Origin: a virus
Lineage: Duplodnaviria > Caudoviricetes
DNA: 46,956 nt
Virus record (IMG/VR): IMGVR_UViG_3300032250_000235
Coordinates: 1-46,956 of that record
Strand: one strand, 5' to 3'
Every line of letters begins with the position of its first letter. Within the stretch, counting starts at the first letter, position 1. The position numbers were made by a program, and so were the translations under genes. Shown here piece after piece: positions 8,123 to 18,076 of the stretch. The notes under the pieces were generated by a model, which was not told the DNA's origin, made no database searches, and worked only from the letters and a program-made list of their open reading frames with translations.

Positions 8123-9627
8123 TTGAGTCCTTGTTCTAGGTGATACAGGCCAAGATAAAAACTTCCTATAACACTGTCGATGTCGTCTTTGGCATAACCG
8201 CTAAGTGACAACCAAATTAATCCGTGTAATATTTTAATCTTGTCAATGTCTTTAGTGAAATGTTCAGTGAAAATATCTTCAGCTGCCTTTTCAAAACCTG
8301 TAGGTTCTTGTAGTATTTCAACGGTTTCCGAATCTACATGTAGTTTAAATTTTCTTCGATTAAACATGTCGTATCCACCAACTGCTGAATAATACACCTT
8401 GGCAAAATCATACATCGGATCACCCCATATACCAGGCTTGCTAAAGTAGCCTCTTGGATCAATGTACCACACTTTTAAATTTTTATCAATTAAGCTGTTG
8501 CTAAATGTAGGGTCTCCGTGTATTGGTGTAAACAATGACGGTTGTATTTCTGTTATTAACGATTCAAAAATATGTTTGTGTTTTTTAGAAAATACATTTC
8601 TGCATTTTAATCCGTTGACTGTGACTGCATCCTTATCAAAGTTAGGAATAATTTTTGATACGCTGTCGACTCGATTTAGAGTTTTTGTAATATATGTATC
8701 AACAGTTTCTTCTGGTACTGAAGATCTTTTAGAAAGATCGTGTAAGGAAGTCAATGAATCAATATAGTCTGCTAGAACTGCACATTTTTCTCTACTAGTT
8801 AAGTCAGTCATTTGATAAGCATGACAGCCTTTTATCCTTGTCATTACATAGGGATCTGTAGAAATAATTTTAGGTATTCTTCTAAATCCTAGATCGTGTA
8901 CAGAATTATACCATGCTTGCTCTTTGCCAATGAGATGATGGTAATTGCTGTCGATGGCTCGTTTCTCTACTACATCATCCTTGATGATCACTTCGTTGAA
9001 AAATCTACTAAAACCAGCACGGTCGTTCTGTGTTTCGATAGTTATGAAATCGCCAAGTTCTTCTAGTTCTTCGCAATCAGTCATACTAAACTGATTTATG
9101 TTTTTACTAAACCATTTAACAAATTCACCGCTAGCAGGAGGTTCTGGAAAATACTTTGCTTGACTGGCATAGAATATTCCAGGGATGCCACGAGGACCTG
9201 GTTGTTCTACTAATGTGTTATTTTCTGACACTGTCCATCTACAAGTAAATGCATGTGTGGTTATTACTGTGGGAATATTTGTATTTAAAATTCTAGGAAA
9301 ATCATTAATGATTAGATCACTCCAGGTGATAATTAATTCAGCTTCTGGAGGAACATTTTTCAATGCATTAGAAATTCCCGAACAAGTTCCTTTTTCATCA
9401 GTCTTTGTTAGTGTATATGGTACCGCCGGGGTGTTAACTTCTAAATATTTTTCAAGTTGATCAAATGCATAATCGCCGATGATATGAAAATGTGCATCTG
9501 GAAATTTATCAAATAAATGATATAATAACGGTTTTCCTTTTACACTAACTAAACACTTTGGTTTGTTCCATGTGTGGTGTCTTAGCCTGCTACCGCGGCC
9601 GCCAGCCTGTACAATTATATGCATCAT
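8119..9627 (-). CDS. Fused sugar-phosphate nucleotidyltransferase / APH-choline-kinase-like phosphotransferase
   Basis: N-terminal QAGGRGSRL...KPKCL and WSDL; C-terminal IHGDPTFSN, YIDPRG and DPMYDFAK. Start set at the ATGA overlap at 9627 (track gives 9663). Confidence 0.85.
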   Translation of the reverse strand: MMHIIVQAGGRGSRLRHHTWNKPKCLVSVKGKPLLYHLFDKFPDAHFHIIGDYAFDQLEKYLEVNTPAVPYTLTKTDEKGTCSGISNALKNVPPEAELIITWSDLIINDFPRILNTNIPTVITTHAFTCRWTVSENNTLVEQPGPRGIPGIFYASQAKYFPEPPASGEFVKWFSKNINQFSMTDCEELEELGDFITIETQNDRAGFSRFFNEVIIKDDVVEKRAIDSNYHHLIGKEQAWYNSVHDLGFRRIPKIISTDPYVMTRIKGCHAYQMTDLTSREKCAVLADYIDSLTSLHDLSKRSSVPEETVDTYITKTLNRVDSVSKIIPNFDKDAVTVNGLKCRNVFSKKHKHIFESLITEIQPSLFTPIHGDPTFSNSLIDKNLKVWYIDPRGYFSKPGIWGDPMYDFAKVYYSAVGGYDMFNRRKFKLHVDSETVEILQEPTGFEKAAEDIFTEHFTKDIDKIKILHGLIWLSLSGYAKDDIDSVIGSFYLGLYHLEQGLK

Positions 9628-10346
9628 ATTACAACAACATCGGGTTTTAACGGTGCATCCCATAATTTATTTCTATGCCAAACATATATTCCGTGCGGCA
9701 TTTCTGGATAATTGTTGCACTGATGTTGGAACGCCTGTCTATCAAAAACAAAGTTTGCTAATTTAATTACACCTGATTTTGCCATGCTGTCAAAGGCAGT
9801 GTCTATATTTCTAGCAAATCCCTTTTCTGTCATTGGCCCCATGTCAACATCTTTGATCAGTTGCCACGGCATGCTACCTCTAAGCAAACATAAACCAAAT
9901 GTCCAACCGTCATTTAGATTCCTGTAAAAATCTAAACTGAATCCGTCGAGATCTTTATCTAACAGATACTGTTCGGCTGTTTTTAGTTTTTCTCTTAGAC
10001 CGTCGAAATCTCTAGTTAGAAATAATGTATCGTCTGCGTCAATCATCCAAAAGTTTTCTGTTTTCTTAGTATGTTGAAATGCAGTAAGATTAGCCGAAGC
10101 CATACCTCGTTTGGCTCCTTTTAGATTTTGACAATAAGTATCACCTATTGAATAATCGCTGTTAATAACAGTAACATCGTAATCTATTAAGACTGTTTTT
10201 AGATAGTCTGGAGTTGGCTCAGTGACTGGGTTATATCGGTCACACAGTATAAATGTTTTATAATTCTTAAATAGTTCTAACCAAAATCTCAAACATAAAA
10301 CTGCTGCGGGATCAGTTCTGTGAAATTTTAAAAAAACTTTAGTCAT
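9624..10346 (-). CDS. Putative GT-A glycosyltransferase
   Basis: FWMIDADD (DxD) after a Rossmann-like N-terminus; sugar-pathway context. Confidence 0.55.
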   Translation of the reverse strand: MTKVFLKFHRTDPAAVLCLRFWLELFKNYKTFILCDRYNPVTEPTPDYLKTVLIDYDVTVINSDYSIGDTYCQNLKGAKRGMASANLTAFQHTKKTENFWMIDADDTLFLTRDFDGLREKLKTAEQYLLDKDLDGFSLDFYRNLNDGWTFGLCLLRGSMPWQLIKDVDMGPMTEKGFARNIDTAFDSMAKSGVIKLANFVFDRQAFQHQCNNYPEMPHGIYVWHRNKLWDAPLKPDVVVI

Positions 10347-11071
10347 TGTTTACCTTTTCTTCTCATTGCTTTTGCAATAAGTTTTTCTCTTTTCTCTTTT
10401 CCTTCTCCCTTATAATGCATCATGTAACCATCAAATGCTGCATTAAAGTGTTGTTTTGTTACACCGATTGGAGAAACACTATGAGAGCTTATTCTATTAT
10501 CTAATTCAAATTCTTTTCTGACTACATCAAAGACAAACCCATCATGATATTGTTCAAGATCGTATATAGCATCAGTATTGTAGTACCATTCGTATCTATC
10601 AAAGAAATTTTTAGCCTCAGGGTGCTTCATATCAAAAATTAAAAAACCAGTTTCGCTAGCAGTATTTCTGCCAACATATCCTACAAACTTTCCTTTAGGT
10701 AAAAATTTTAAAAAGTATGCTGGATCTACTGTGTCATAAATTTCAGTATCGGCATCGAGCCATATTAGATAATCTAGATCCTTTTCTCTAGAAGCATGAA
10801 CTGTGGCGTAAACTTTATGTGAAAATCTAACTCCGTCAAATTTAAAATCTTTAAAGTTTTTATCTGTATTTCTTTTTTTAAAATTTACTAAGTCGGGGCA
10901 GCAGTCTTCTAGATTTAGGAATGAAACATTCTCTTTATTTTTTATATCTATAGTATCTTTGTAAATTACTACATCTATATCTCTTATATGTTTAAAACAA
11001 CTGTCGACAAAGTTTTTGGCGTAATCGTGATATCCTTTGTCGCTGAAAGTAGATAATAATTTAATTTTCAT
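10343..11071 (-). CDS. Putative GT-A glycosyltransferase (paralog of 16502..17308)
   Basis: VRFSHKVYA, LIWLDADT (DxD), ETGF, HDGFVFD and HYKG. Confidence 0.75.
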   Translation of the reverse strand: MKIKLLSTFSDKGYHDYAKNFVDSCFKHIRDIDVVIYKDTIDIKNKENVSFLNLEDCCPDLVNFKKRNTDKNFKDFKFDGVRFSHKVYATVHASREKDLDYLIWLDADTEIYDTVDPAYFLKFLPKGKFVGYVGRNTASETGFLIFDMKHPEAKNFFDRYEWYYNTDAIYDLEQYHDGFVFDVVRKEFELDNRISSHSVSPIGVTKQHFNAAFDGYMMHYKGEGKEKREKLIAKAMRRKGKQ

Positions 11072-11662
11072 TTATACAAACCTTATCTCTGCATTGATAT
11101 GCTTTCTATGTTTGCTTAAAATTTTTAATATTTCAACGCTATCGTCGTTGTGAAAAATTTCTTTGGTTTTTAAATGTAGTCTAATATCTAAAAATATTCT
11201 TGTATTTTCATGTGAATGTTGTAATATTAGATCTTTGTATGTGCTTGCAGGATAATGAAATCCGCACGATAACCAAGAAGTAATTACATCAAATTTTTTA
11301 TCTTTAGGTATTGAAATATTGTTGACATCTATCAAGTTATAGTTTTTAGTTCCTTTAGCGTCAAGTTGTTCTTTGAGCCAAGATATTGGATGATAAAATA
11401 AAAAATCATCAGGACTGACATGATAGTTGACTTCGCTAGACGATTGTGGCTTGCTTTCATTAAAGGATGTATCGCCGTCTAACAACCATAACTCTGTTCC
11501 GTATTTGTCGTTAAACATTCTGGATTCCCATGCTAGACCACAACCGATATCTAATATTGAGGTGGGAGGGTTGGCTAACTCAGCATCAAGCAGATCAAAA
11601 TTTAATTTTTTTGCTGCCTGATATTCCGGCGTACTCCATTCTCCCGATAACCATGTTGACAT
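11072..11662 (-). CDS. Class I SAM-dependent methyltransferase
   Basis: ILDIGCGLA, LLDG and KFDVITSWLSCGFHYP. Confidence 0.82.
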   Translation of the reverse strand: MSTWLSGEWSTPEYQAAKKLNFDLLDAELANPPTSILDIGCGLAWESRMFNDKYGTELWLLDGDTSFNESKPQSSSEVNYHVSPDDFLFYHPISWLKEQLDAKGTKNYNLIDVNNISIPKDKKFDVITSWLSCGFHYPASTYKDLILQHSHENTRIFLDIRLHLKTKEIFHNDDSVEILKILSKHRKHINAEIRFV

Positions 11663-11665
11663 AAG

Positions 11666-12013
11666 TTATTTTACCTTTGTCCCAGATGACCGTCTCTTAA
11701 TGTCGTTGTGATTAAATTCAGCCCAATACAATTCAAATGCGACGCCATCTTCAACACCTTCAAACTGGTGAACCTTGCCTGGTTTGACTTGTGTAAACTC
11801 GCCTGGTCCAAGAATTGTCTCATCTACCAAACCCTGATCGTCTTGCCATACACGCACAATCATCTTTCCCGACTCAACAAAAAAGCCGTTCCATTTAAAT
11901 TGATGTTCGTGTTCGCTGCACTTAAAACCTGCTTTGTATTCAATACGATGAAACTCTAACACACCATTGGCATGTATTAGTTCTGTCTGTCCCCACACTT
12001 TACCTGCTTTCAT
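11666..12013 (-). CDS. Cupin-domain protein (sugar isomerase-like)
   Basis: KVWG, CSEHEH...F, and PGKVHQF cupin metal motifs; AGGA RBS. Confidence 0.8.
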   Translation of the reverse strand: MKAGKVWGQTELIHANGVLEFHRIEYKAGFKCSEHEHQFKWNGFFVESGKMIVRVWQDDQGLVDETILGPGEFTQVKPGKVHQFEGVEDGVAFELYWAEFNHNDIKRRSSGTKVK

Positions 12014-12043
12014 GTTAAATCCTTTTCAATAACATATTACTTA

Positions 12044-12550
12044 TTACAGCACCTTGTCTAGCTGTAAAATTTCACTCTGACGGCTAACTTCTTTAACAAA
12101 ATATGCACAAGGCGGATTTTCTCCGTCATGCAGAGGAACTGTTAACAACTGGCCGTTCTTCATTTTTGGAAAATACCACTTGACATCTTGATAAATGTTA
12201 ACAATTTCAATTGGCATATACTCGCACTTAAAACCTTTAATAGGATTAAAAATAAATGCATCAAATCCTCGTTCGTTCAAACTGGTTAACGGTAAAACTT
12301 CTGGGTCCATGCCGCAGTCTTTATCTCCAACTACCATACACCAATCTAACGGCATTTGTACTTGGTGCCCTCCAATATTTAATAGTATTGCAGGCGAATT
12401 AAACGATTCTAAAAATATCAAAGGCATAAAGAAAAAGTCAGGTTCGCTGGCATTGCTATTATCTAATACGCTGTATCGAACATCATCTTCTATCTCGTCT
12501 GGTAAATCGTTTAGGTCAAAAGACCTGTTATTAAGTGTTAAAATTTTCAT
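12044..12550 (-). CDS. Hypothetical protein with possible degenerate Hint (intein-like) fold
   Basis: 168-aa ORF coupled to uvsW; beta-strand pattern resembles Hint blocks (see findings). Confidence 0.7.
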   Translation of the reverse strand: MKILTLNNRSFDLNDLPDEIEDDVRYSVLDNSNASEPDFFFMPLIFLESFNSPAILLNIGGHQVQMPLDWCMVVGDKDCGMDPEVLPLTSLNERGFDAFIFNPIKGFKCEYMPIEIVNIYQDVKWYFPKMKNGQLLTVPLHDGENPPCAYFVKEVSRQSEILQLDKVL

Positions 12551-14001
12551 AGGTTTACCTTAGTTATTGTAAAGGGGTATTTGGCCTCTTTATAGTATTT
12601 CTTCCGCTCCGTAAGATGGCGCTTGGCGTATTTGCAGGTAGATGTGAAATCCCAGATCTCAACATGGTCTTTGTCTTGGGCTTTTCGAATACCCCTGCCA
12701 ATGCTTTGTATAACGCGAACAAAGCTCTTTCCGGGCTCAATAAGAACCAAATTAAAAATACGGGGGATATTAATACCCACAGCGGCCACACCATAAGTCG
12801 CCACAATAATCTTGCCATCACTAGTTTTAATTTCGTCATACTCTTCTTTTCTTTCATCGAGTTTCATGCCGCCGCTGACAAATACCGCATCAGGAATTAA
12901 TTCGATTAATTTGTTTCCTGTGTCGATTCTATTGATTAGTACAAGAGTATTTCCACTTAGTGATAGCGACTTGATTTTATTTGCCATCCAAGTCAATCTT
13001 GTAGGATCAGTGACCAAGAAACTGTATTCTTCTTGAAAGCTACGAAACACCTGCACATCTGTGGTCTGTAACACATTGATTTGTAAATTAGCCAACACAC
13101 CTTTTTCTTGTAGATCATGCGCAGATACTTGATTGATAACAGGTCCAATGCTGGCAAGAATACCTTGAAATTCAAACGCTTCTTTGGGAACTGTTCCTGT
13201 GAGTCCCCAACGAATTGCACAGTTGTTGAAGTTTTGTGTCAGTAGTTTGGTCAACACTTCTGCCTTGGCTTGATGCACCTCGTCAACAATAATTGCTGCC
13301 ACACCCGCAGTGAATTCAGCCAAACTTAGTGTTTCATCATCATAACTTTTCTTGTCTAATACATTAAGACTTTGCCATGTGCATATGGTATGTGTCTTGC
13401 CTAATTCTTTTCTATCACCAAAGTAGACGCCAACATCCAGTCCAAGATTCTTGTAGTCTTCTTCTGTCTGTACCACTAGACTTTTGTTGGGAACAACTAC
13501 CATTGTGCGGCCATAAGCCTCGCATAAGTGACTTAGTGTTGCTGTGGTAATTGTTTTGCCTGCACCTGTAGCAACTTCTTGTAGGGCTTGCGGATTTTCT
13601 AAAAACTTGTTGACAACATCATATTGATAGTCACGAAGTACAATAGGACTACCTGCCTCCGGGTGTCCTTTAGGCCAAGTCTTGCCTTGATCCGCCCAAT
13701 AGTTTTCATCGATAGGTGCAAATTCTATCTTGCTGTGATGACGCAAATCTTCTATGTCAATTTCATAGCCCGCATCTTCTATGATAGGTAGTATGACATC
13801 TAAGTGTGCAAGATAACCAGTGCCGCCGATACTAAAATAAGTTTTAGTGCCATCCCATCGGCCTAATTTATATGCCGGCATGTGCCGTGCATAGGGCAAA
13901 TCAAACTTTAATTTGTTGACAATTTTACGCCGTGTTTCTACTGCCAGGCCGTCGATCTTGATATTAACTTCATCTTTAATTGTTAGTTTACAACTCGGCA
14001 A
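12547..14001 (-). CDS. uvsW: SF2 DNA helicase UvsW-like
   Basis: LRDYQ, ATGAGKT, IVDEVH, GLTGT, QSIGRGIR, and N-terminal WDG. TTG at 14001 is the likely start (track gives 14037). Confidence 0.9.
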   Translation of the reverse strand: MPSCKLTIKDEVNIKIDGLAVETRRKIVNKLKFDLPYARHMPAYKLGRWDGTKTYFSIGGTGYLAHLDVILPIIEDAGYEIDIEDLRHHSKIEFAPIDENYWADQGKTWPKGHPEAGSPIVLRDYQYDVVNKFLENPQALQEVATGAGKTITTATLSHLCEAYGRTMVVVPNKSLVVQTEEDYKNLGLDVGVYFGDRKELGKTHTICTWQSLNVLDKKSYDDETLSLAEFTAGVAAIIVDEVHQAKAEVLTKLLTQNFNNCAIRWGLTGTVPKEAFEFQGILASIGPVINQVSAHDLQEKGVLANLQINVLQTTDVQVFRSFQEEYSFLVTDPTRLTWMANKIKSLSLSGNTLVLINRIDTGNKLIELIPDAVFVSGGMKLDERKEEYDEIKTSDGKIIVATYGVAAVGINIPRIFNLVLIEPGKSFVRVIQSIGRGIRKAQDKDHVEIWDFTSTCKYAKRHLTERKKYYKEAKYPFTITKVNL

Positions 14002-15178
14002 TTTTCTTGTCCTTAATGTGTGCAGCCTTGATATCACCTACAAAACATACACAAGTGTGTGATTCCATCCAGGCCTGTGTAGTGGCACTGGGCACCGGAT
14101 ATAAGCTATTAGTTAGAATAATTTTAACATCTATTCCATCAGAAAACAACCACTTGGGAGGTTTGTTTTGAAATATAAAAATTTTGCCGCCTTCTACCTT
14201 TCCGCCGTAGCCGTTATCTTTGACCCATTGATTAAACCCTCGATCTTCAAGTTTATCTTGACGGAAACAAACACGAATATCTGTCGGTGGGACATCATGT
14301 AAAATGGCTGACATAGTAAAGGACTTTACCCATTCTTCTGAGTTGTCGCCTTTGTTTAGAATCACTGCCGTTATGCCGTTAGTGTCTTTGTACAGTTCGA
14401 AAAATTGATCTAGACTCTTCATCCAAAATTGTCTGTGTTCCGATGCGGCTATTTTTTCTGCCAGTGTTTTTGGAGATTCTTTCAACAGATATCCCATACT
14501 CTTAGCCAGTAGCAAATCGCTGGATTGATTACAGGTTCTGTGCTGTTCAAACCATTCAACAGTTTCTTGCGGTGCGTTGATCAAGTCAACTGTCACGCCA
14601 AAGTGCTTTTCACAATAGGGGGTAATTGACTCACTATTTTGCCAAATTTCTTCAACATCTGCAAGTGCTACCATGAAGGTATCGTCAATCTCAAAGTTGT
14701 TGGTATGTGCAAACTCATAAACTTCGATGAGGTTGAAATTATAAAATTTCATCTTACGAATCTTTCTTTCAGGATCCCAAGTGCTGACTCCGAAGTCTTT
14801 AGTAATCGGTGAAATTTCTCGGTCAAATACCTCTTTTAGTGCAAAAGGAAACTTGGCACAAATCCACACTTCTCCGTCTTCATCTTTTTCTACAAATATT
14901 TTTCTTGACATATCAAGAATTCTAAAATCTGTGCGCCACTCGGGATTTTCTAAAAGCAAAGAATAATCAAGTCCTGCTAGCTTGGCATACATTTTGTATT
15001 TTTGGAGGATTTTAATGATAAAATTTGCCTGATTTTTGGTCAACTGACCATTGGTGGAAAGCACAACATAAAAACTGTTGGCTGCTGATTGGTCCTGATG
15101 TTGTAGTTGAATATTCTTGTTGTCACACAGACTTACAAACTCAAGAAATATGTCTTCGACAAATGATGATTTTAGCAT
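13988..15178 (-). CDS. Hypothetical protein
   Basis: 396-aa ORF heading an operon with uvsW, with its own sigma70-type promoter. Confidence 0.8.
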   Translation of the reverse strand: MLKSSFVEDIFLEFVSLCDNKNIQLQHQDQSAANSFYVVLSTNGQLTKNQANFIIKILQKYKMYAKLAGLDYSLLLENPEWRTDFRILDMSRKIFVEKDEDGEVWICAKFPFALKEVFDREISPITKDFGVSTWDPERKIRKMKFYNFNLIEVYEFAHTNNFEIDDTFMVALADVEEIWQNSESITPYCEKHFGVTVDLINAPQETVEWFEQHRTCNQSSDLLLAKSMGYLLKESPKTLAEKIAASEHRQFWMKSLDQFFELYKDTNGITAVILNKGDNSEEWVKSFTMSAILHDVPPTDIRVCFRQDKLEDRGFNQWVKDNGYGGKVEGGKIFIFQNKPPKWLFSDGIDVKIILTNSLYPVPSATTQAWMESHTCVCFVGDIKAAHIKDKKIAEL

Positions 15179-15184
15179 CTATAT

Positions 15185-15213
15185 AGTATAGCACCTAAAA
15201 TTGTGAAAATCAA
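15185..15213 (-). promoter_or_regulatory. Sigma70-type promoter (leaderless start)
   Basis: TTGATT-N17-TATACT with extended -10 TG, then 6 nt to the ATG at 15178. Confidence 0.7.
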
Positions 15214-16064
15214 GGCCTAATTTTTAATTTTTCTTCAAGGCAACTTTCAAGGCGTTTGAGTGGAATGCCTTGACTGATTTCATCTACGGTCCATTCAGTA
15301 TGACACAATTTAAGAAACCATTCCTCACGATCGGGCAATTGTAGAGTTTCTAAATTTTCCCACTTTTCACTGACAGGAAACGCCAAACTTGAAGAATCGC
15401 AGATAGTAGGAGTACCATGTATTACTGCTTGAACAGATGGACCACTATTGTGATTGATCACACAATGATAATTATAATTGATATCAAATTCGTCGTAGGT
15501 GTTGACTAATTTTCTTGGAAGTTCGATTACTGCGTCGGCAAATTTTTCACGAATTTGTGACCGAGGATGTGGTCTAACCACAATTCTTCGATTGGTATAT
15601 CGTTTTACTTTTGCTATGGTGTCACGAATCCACTGTTCCATACTAGGTTGACCTTGCCATTGTAGACTTCGACTGTGTTGAGTGGCAATTAGAATTTCGT
15701 TGCGCCTCTTTGATTTCTCGGGTTGGAGGCCAACACCTAATTTTTGTGGTCTCGAGGGGTCTAAATTTTCAATATTTCCAAATGTTCCAAGGCCGTTAAT
15801 ATGTCCTTCGGAAATTCTCCATGTTTGTCCTCTTTTCAAACTGCCAACTTCGATAACCACAATAGGTTTGTTTTGTTTAACACAGGCATTGTAAATTTGT
15901 TGATTGCCGGCCATGCGGCCATTCCATAAAACTGACCAAATTACAGCCACATCTTCGCTGTTTTCCACAATTTCGTGACCGCACGATCTAACACCATTAG
16001 CAAAGGCATCAAATACTGGAACACTGTTTAGAGCTCCAAAATTTCTGTAAAGTTTGAATTTCAT
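15210..16064 (-). CDS. KpsS/KpsC-like (capsule synthesis, GT-B) putative glycosyltransferase, paralog 1
   Basis: IVVRPHP, NSGPSVQAVIHGTP, DREEWFLKLCHTEWTVDEI. Confidence 0.65.
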   Translation of the reverse strand: MKFKLYRNFGALNSVPVFDAFANGVRSCGHEIVENSEDVAVIWSVLWNGRMAGNQQIYNACVKQNKPIVVIEVGSLKRGQTWRISEGHINGLGTFGNIENLDPSRPQKLGVGLQPEKSKRRNEILIATQHSRSLQWQGQPSMEQWIRDTIAKVKRYTNRRIVVRPHPRSQIREKFADAVIELPRKLVNTYDEFDINYNYHCVINHNSGPSVQAVIHGTPTICDSSSLAFPVSEKWENLETLQLPDREEWFLKLCHTEWTVDEISQGIPLKRLESCLEEKLKIRP

Positions 16065-16070
16065 ATAAAA

Positions 16071-16088
16071 TAAATAACTGAGTATTTA
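16071..16088. promoter_or_regulatory. Overlapping face-to-face late promoter motifs
   Basis: TAAATA (+, 16071-16076) and TAAATA (-, 16083-16088) in the 33-nt gap between divergent genes. Confidence 0.5.
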
Positions 16089-16097
16089 ATCCATATC

Positions 16098-16505
16098 ATG
16101 TCTAAATTTATAAAAAGAATTCAAAAAACTGTTAAAAAATCTATAGACACTGTCATAGTGGTAGGTTCTGATCAAAAAAATATCGAAAATGTAATTGGCG
16201 GTTTCAATACAGTATTCTGTGTCAGTTATCAACACCAGTTGCCTAGGTATAAAAATGTTATACCTATACAAGATAACAATTTTTTAAATGAATTGCAAAA
16301 TATTGATATAATTTTCCTTAATATCAATTATGATGATGGGATTTTTCAATTTATTCCCCAACTAACAAGAAGATGTGCTCCTGTTATTTTTTTACATAAA
16401 GATCTTGTACTAAGTACTGAGTACATCGATTTCTTTAGAAGAATTAGATACGAACAAATCACTATTTTAGATGATTATCAAGTTTGGAAAATTATAAGAA
16501 AATGA
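16098..16505 (+). CDS. Hypothetical protein (possible degenerate methyltransferase-like Rossmann fold)
   Basis: 135-aa AT-rich ORF, ATGA-coupled to the downstream glycosyltransferase. Confidence 0.65.
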   Translation: MSKFIKRIQKTVKKSIDTVIVVGSDQKNIENVIGGFNTVFCVSYQHQLPRYKNVIPIQDNNFLNELQNIDIIFLNINYDDGIFQFIPQLTRRCAPVIFLHKDLVLSTEYIDFFRRIRYEQITILDDYQVWKIIRK

Positions 16506-17308
16506 AAATTGCCGTTGTTACTACATTTCACGAAGAAGGCCTTAAAAAATATGCACAAAAGATGATTGATGGCTTTTGTGAACAATGGCCTAGAGAAATT
16601 ACCTTACACATTTATCCAGAAAAATGTAATCCTGTAATTCGAGACCACAGCCATGTTACTCTGACCGACCTAGATAGTGTTGCTCCACTGGCTACATTTA
16701 AAGAACGATGGAAAAATGTTCCAAAAGCCAACGGTGATGTCACTGACGACCCAGTTAGAAGCAAACGAAAGGATGCAGGCAAAGGTTTTAAATGGCATGC
16801 GGTTAGATTTGCTCACAAAGTCTACGCCATAACCGATTGTGCAAGGACCACTGATGCAGATGTCTTAATTTGGATGGATGCTGATACCATATGTCATAGT
16901 CCTATCACTTTAGAACGCATACAGCAATTAATTCCAGCAGATAAAGATCTCTGTTTTCTTGGACGCAAAGGAAAATACACAGAATGCGGATTATACGCTA
17001 TGAATTTGCGTAGTCCTACTGTTCTTTCTTTCTTGCAAGAGTTTCAACGAATGTACGATGATGCCGAAAACGGAATTTTTAGGCTTGCCGAATGGCATGA
17101 CAGTTTTGTTTTCGATGCTGTCCGTGCTAAATTTAGAAATCTAAAAGAATTAGATTGGAGTAGTCATCTAATAACCGGAGAAGGGCATCCTTTGATCAAC
17201 AGCGAATGGGGAGCTTATCTAGACCACCTCAAAGGAGGAAGAAAAACTCTAGGCCGCAGTAAAAAAGATGATCTCAAAGTAAAAAGAACTGAAGCATATT
17301 GGCAATGA
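16502..17308 (+). CDS. Putative GT-A glycosyltransferase (paralog of 10343..11071)
   Basis: VRFAHKVYA, LIWMDADT, ECGLY, WHDSFVFD and DHLKG; start at the ATGA overlap at 16502. Confidence 0.78.
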   Translation: MKIAVVTTFHEEGLKKYAQKMIDGFCEQWPREITLHIYPEKCNPVIRDHSHVTLTDLDSVAPLATFKERWKNVPKANGDVTDDPVRSKRKDAGKGFKWHAVRFAHKVYAITDCARTTDADVLIWMDADTICHSPITLERIQQLIPADKDLCFLGRKGKYTECGLYAMNLRSPTVLSFLQEFQRMYDDAENGIFRLAEWHDSFVFDAVRAKFRNLKELDWSSHLITGEGHPLINSEWGAYLDHLKGGRKTLGRSKKDDLKVKRTEAYWQ

Positions 17309-18075
17309 CTGTGAATTTTGTCTGCGTTGAAGGCACAGATTACGGAGCCACTGAATTTACCAAAGGTAGTGGTGGAAAATTTGTCAGCTATGAAGAAATG
17401 TCTGCAAACACTAGCCTACCCATGTGTTGGGCAGGATTTTTTAAACCTCAATGGGTAGAAATTTGCAAAAAATATAATTTAAAATTTTATAATTTTGATG
17501 GCGCATATTTTGGCAACGGTAAAAAGAAAACCATTTTTAGATTGAGTGTTAATAATTTTCAAAATATTAATCCAATAATAGAAAGACCTCAGGATCGCTG
17601 GGATAGATTAAATTTAAAGCCCGAACACTTTACACAGGGATCCACAGTTGTTGTTGTACCCCCCGACAGAAAAATAATTCACACACTTGGGTTAGGTTCA
17701 GAAGATCAATGGATCGACGAAACTGTTGTTAAGATAAAAACTTTTACAGATCGTGAAATTAAAATTAGAAAGCGACCTGCACCTAGGGCCGATAGAATAG
17801 TTTCAAATACTTTTAAAGATTTCATTAGAGATGACACTTTCTGTGTAGTGGGCTATTCATCCAATGCACTAGTTGAAGCAGCCATGCACGATATACCAGT
17901 GATCCCATTGGGTCATTCTGCCACAAAAAGTTTATACAGTTATCAATTAGAAGACCTTGAAAAAATAAAGCCTGCTTATCCTAGCGATAAACAGGCCTGG
18001 CTAAATCATCTAGCCTATTCTCAATTTACTAGAGAAGAATTAATTTCTGGTCTAGCTTGGGAACTTATTAATTAA
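17305..18075 (+). CDS. KpsS/KpsC-like putative glycosyltransferase, paralog 2
   Basis: FDGAYF, IKIRKRP, SSNALVEAAMHDIP and AWLNHLAYSQFTREELISG; ATGA overlap at 17305. Confidence 0.65.
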   Translation: MTVNFVCVEGTDYGATEFTKGSGGKFVSYEEMSANTSLPMCWAGFFKPQWVEICKKYNLKFYNFDGAYFGNGKKKTIFRLSVNNFQNINPIIERPQDRWDRLNLKPEHFTQGSTVVVVPPDRKIIHTLGLGSEDQWIDETVVKIKTFTDREIKIRKRPAPRADRIVSNTFKDFIRDDTFCVVGYSSNALVEAAMHDIPVIPLGHSATKSLYSYQLEDLEKIKPAYPSDKQAWLNHLAYSQFTREELISGLAWELIN

Positions 18076-18076
18076 T

